64,000 nucleotides of DNA from an uncultured Verrucomicrobiae bacterium (lineage in GTDB: Bacteria; Verrucomicrobiota; Verrucomicrobiia; Limisphaerales; Palsa-1400), in the NCBI GenBank assembly GCA_963707025.1, contig CAVPOM010000012.1, positions 384,001 through 448,000 on the forward strand, given 5' to 3'. Positions 62,182 to 64,000 of the stretch are shown one piece after another; within the stretch, counting starts at the first letter, position 1; the number at the start of each line of letters is the position of its first letter. Below the pieces are notes generated by a model, which saw nothing but the letters and a program-made list of their open reading frames with translations, searched no databases and was not told where the DNA came from. Position numbers and translations under genes: made by a program.

Positions 62182-64000
62182 GTGAAAAAGGAGATACGCG
62201 TTCTATGTGTGGAAGACACGCCGGCTGACGTGGTGATGCTGAATCGTGCCTTGCGCCGAGGCGGCTTCAATTTTCGCTTGAAGCGGGTCGAAACCAAAGA
62301 GGTGTTTCTCGATGAATTGGAGCATCAACCGCCGGATTTGATCCTGTCCGATCACGGTTTGCCCACTTTTGACGGCTTCACGGCGCTGGAGATAGCGCGC
62401 CAAAGATGCCCAGACATTCCCTTCATTTTTGTCGCCGGCGCGCTGGGCGAGGAGAAGACGATCGAGACCTTTGAACGCGGCGCCACGGGTTACATCCTCA
62501 AAAAGGATCTTTCCAAACTTGTGCCGGCGGTCGAGCGCGCCTTGCAGGCGGCCGAGGAGCGGAAGGCGCTCAAACTTAAAGAGCAGCAATTGCGCGAAAG
62601 CGAGGAGCGCTACCGCCGGTTGATTGAATTCTGCCCGGATGCCTTCCTGGTCGAATGCGACCGGCACATTTTGTTTGCCAACATGGCCGCCGCCCGTTTG
62701 TTCGGCGTCGAAAACGCCGAACAACTCGTCGGCCAACCGATCCAGAACGTCGTCCACCCGGATTCCTGGCAAGTGCTTGAACAACAGATGGCCCGCCTGC
62801 GCGAAAATGGCACCACCTTCTTCTGGAGAAGAATTGCCAGGGGCAACGTCCAAAGCCTCGGTAATCAGGGCACCATTGTCCCGTTCATGGAGGCCAGATT
62901 CATCCGCCAGGACGGCTCGGTGGTGGAGGTGGAAGTGGCGGCCACGCCCATGACCCTGCGCCAGCGCCAGGCCGTTCAAATCATGGTCCGCAACATCACC
63001 GAGCGCAAAGAAACCGTGGAAAAATTGCGCCGCAGCGAGAGCATAAAAGCACTCATTCTGGAAACCGCGCTCGACGCCATTTTATTCATTGACTCCGAAG
63101 GGAGAGTCCAGGAATGGAACTCCGCCGCGCAGAAAATGTTCGGTTACAGTCGTGACCAGGCCGTGGGACAATTGATGGATGAATTGATCATTCCGCCCGC
63201 GCTGCGGGAAGTCCATCACGACGGCTTGACCAATTACCTGATGACCGGCGCGGGCAGCTTGATTGGGCGGCCCATCGAATTGACGCTTCGTCGCAAGGAC
63301 GGCCGCGAATTCCGCGCGGAAATCGGCATCAGCCGCATTTTGACGGAAGATTCCACGCACTGCACCGTGCTCATCCGCGACATCACCGAACGCAAGCAGG
63401 CCGAGGCCTCCTTGCGCGAAAGTGAGGAACGGTCCCGTTTGCTCTTGGAAAACGTGAAGGACTATGCCATCTACATGCTCGACTCACAAGGCAACGTCGT
63501 GACCTGGAACGCGGGGGCGGAGCAGGTCGAAGGTTTTCGGGCCGGGGAAATTATCGGAAAACATCTCTCCGCATTTTTCACTCCGGACGACGTGGCGCGC
63601 GGCGTGCCGCAGGAGGCGTTGCAACGCGCGGAACGCGAAGGCCGGGTTCTTAGCGAAGGCTGGCGCGTGCGCAAGGACGGCTCGCGCTTTTGGTTGCAGG
63701 GCGTCATCACCGCCTTGTACGATGAAGCGGGTCATCTGCAGGGTTTTTCCAAGATCGCCCACAACGTCACCAAAGAGAAGGAAGCGGAGGAAAAAATCCG
63801 TCAGATCAACGAGGAGTTGGAACAGCGCGTCCGCCACCGCACGGCGCAACTGGAAGCCGCCAACAGGGAACTGGAGGCCTTCAGCTATTCGATTTCGCAC
63901 GATTTGCGCGCGCCCTTGCGCCACATCACCCGCCACGTGGAAATCCTGCAAAACGAACTGGCGGCCAGCTTGGACGAAACCCGCCGCCAATACCTCCAAA
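62182..64000 (+). CDS. REC-PAS-PAS-PAS-HisKA sensor histidine kinase (3' end outside window; absent from ORF track)
   Basis: GTG start; RVLCVED..DLILSDHGLPTFDG (REC); three PAS segments; ELEAFSYSISHDLRAPLRHI (H-box). Confidence 0.92.
   Translation, partial: MKKEIRVLCVEDTPADVVMLNRALRRGGFNFRLKRVETKEVFLDELEHQPPDLILSDHGLPTFDGFTALEIARQRCPDIPFIFVAGALGEEKTIETFERGATGYILKKDLSKLVPAVERALQAAEERKALKLKEQQLRESEERYRRLIEFCPDAFLVECDRHILFANMAAARLFGVENAEQLVGQPIQNVVHPDSWQVLEQQMARLRENGTTFFWRRIARGNVQSLGNQGTIVPFMEARFIRQDGSVVEVEVAATPMTLRQRQAVQIMVRNITERKETVEKLRRSESIKALILETALDAILFIDSEGRVQEWNSAAQKMFGYSRDQAVGQLMDELIIPPALREVHHDGLTNYLMTGAGSLIGRPIELTLRRKDGREFRAEIGISRILTEDSTHCTVLIRDITERKQAEASLRESEERSRLLLENVKDYAIYMLDSQGNVVTWNAGAEQVEGFRAGEIIGKHLSAFFTPDDVARGVPQEALQRAEREGRVLSEGWRVRKDGSRFWLQGVITALYDEAGHLQGFSKIAHNVTKEKEAEEKIRQINEELEQRVRHRTAQLEAANRELEAFSYSISHDLRAPLRHITRHVEILQNELAASLDETRRQYLQ

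Overview
GC-rich bacterial window; protein style suggests Verrucomicrobia (inference only). It has five parts. (1) 1-3271: 3' end of a two-partner secretion pair (filamentous haemagglutinin-like TpsA plus TpsB). (2) 3367-28541: a co-oriented type VI secretion system (tssK-L-M, a TagF-like/Ig/FGE fusion, tssA-B-C, hcp, tagJ, tssE-F-G-H, a lysozyme, vgrG) with no recognisable tssJ, ppkA or pppA. (3) 28561-42763: three tandem cargo cassettes sharing one layout (134-aa TTR-like adaptor, LysM/TTR/PG-binding protein, variable putative effector, putative immunity), then DUF6931-like and PAAR genes. (4) 42820-58422: a truncated IS630 and a minus-strand NRPS/PKS cluster (predicted Leu, Gly with embedded monooxygenase, malonate, Thr; no TE; PPTase with an internal amber stop). 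(5) 58839-64000: a PKD-repeat subtilase and the start of a REC-PAS-histidine kinase. At least eight genes carry small frameshifts, probably assembly indels. The best novelty candidates are the repeated adaptor/LysM/effector cassettes, the TagF-TM-Ig-FGE fusion paired with an FHA-less TagH-like protein, and a TssG with zinc-ribbon and helical-repeat insertions. All family calls are by eye from motifs; no searches were run.
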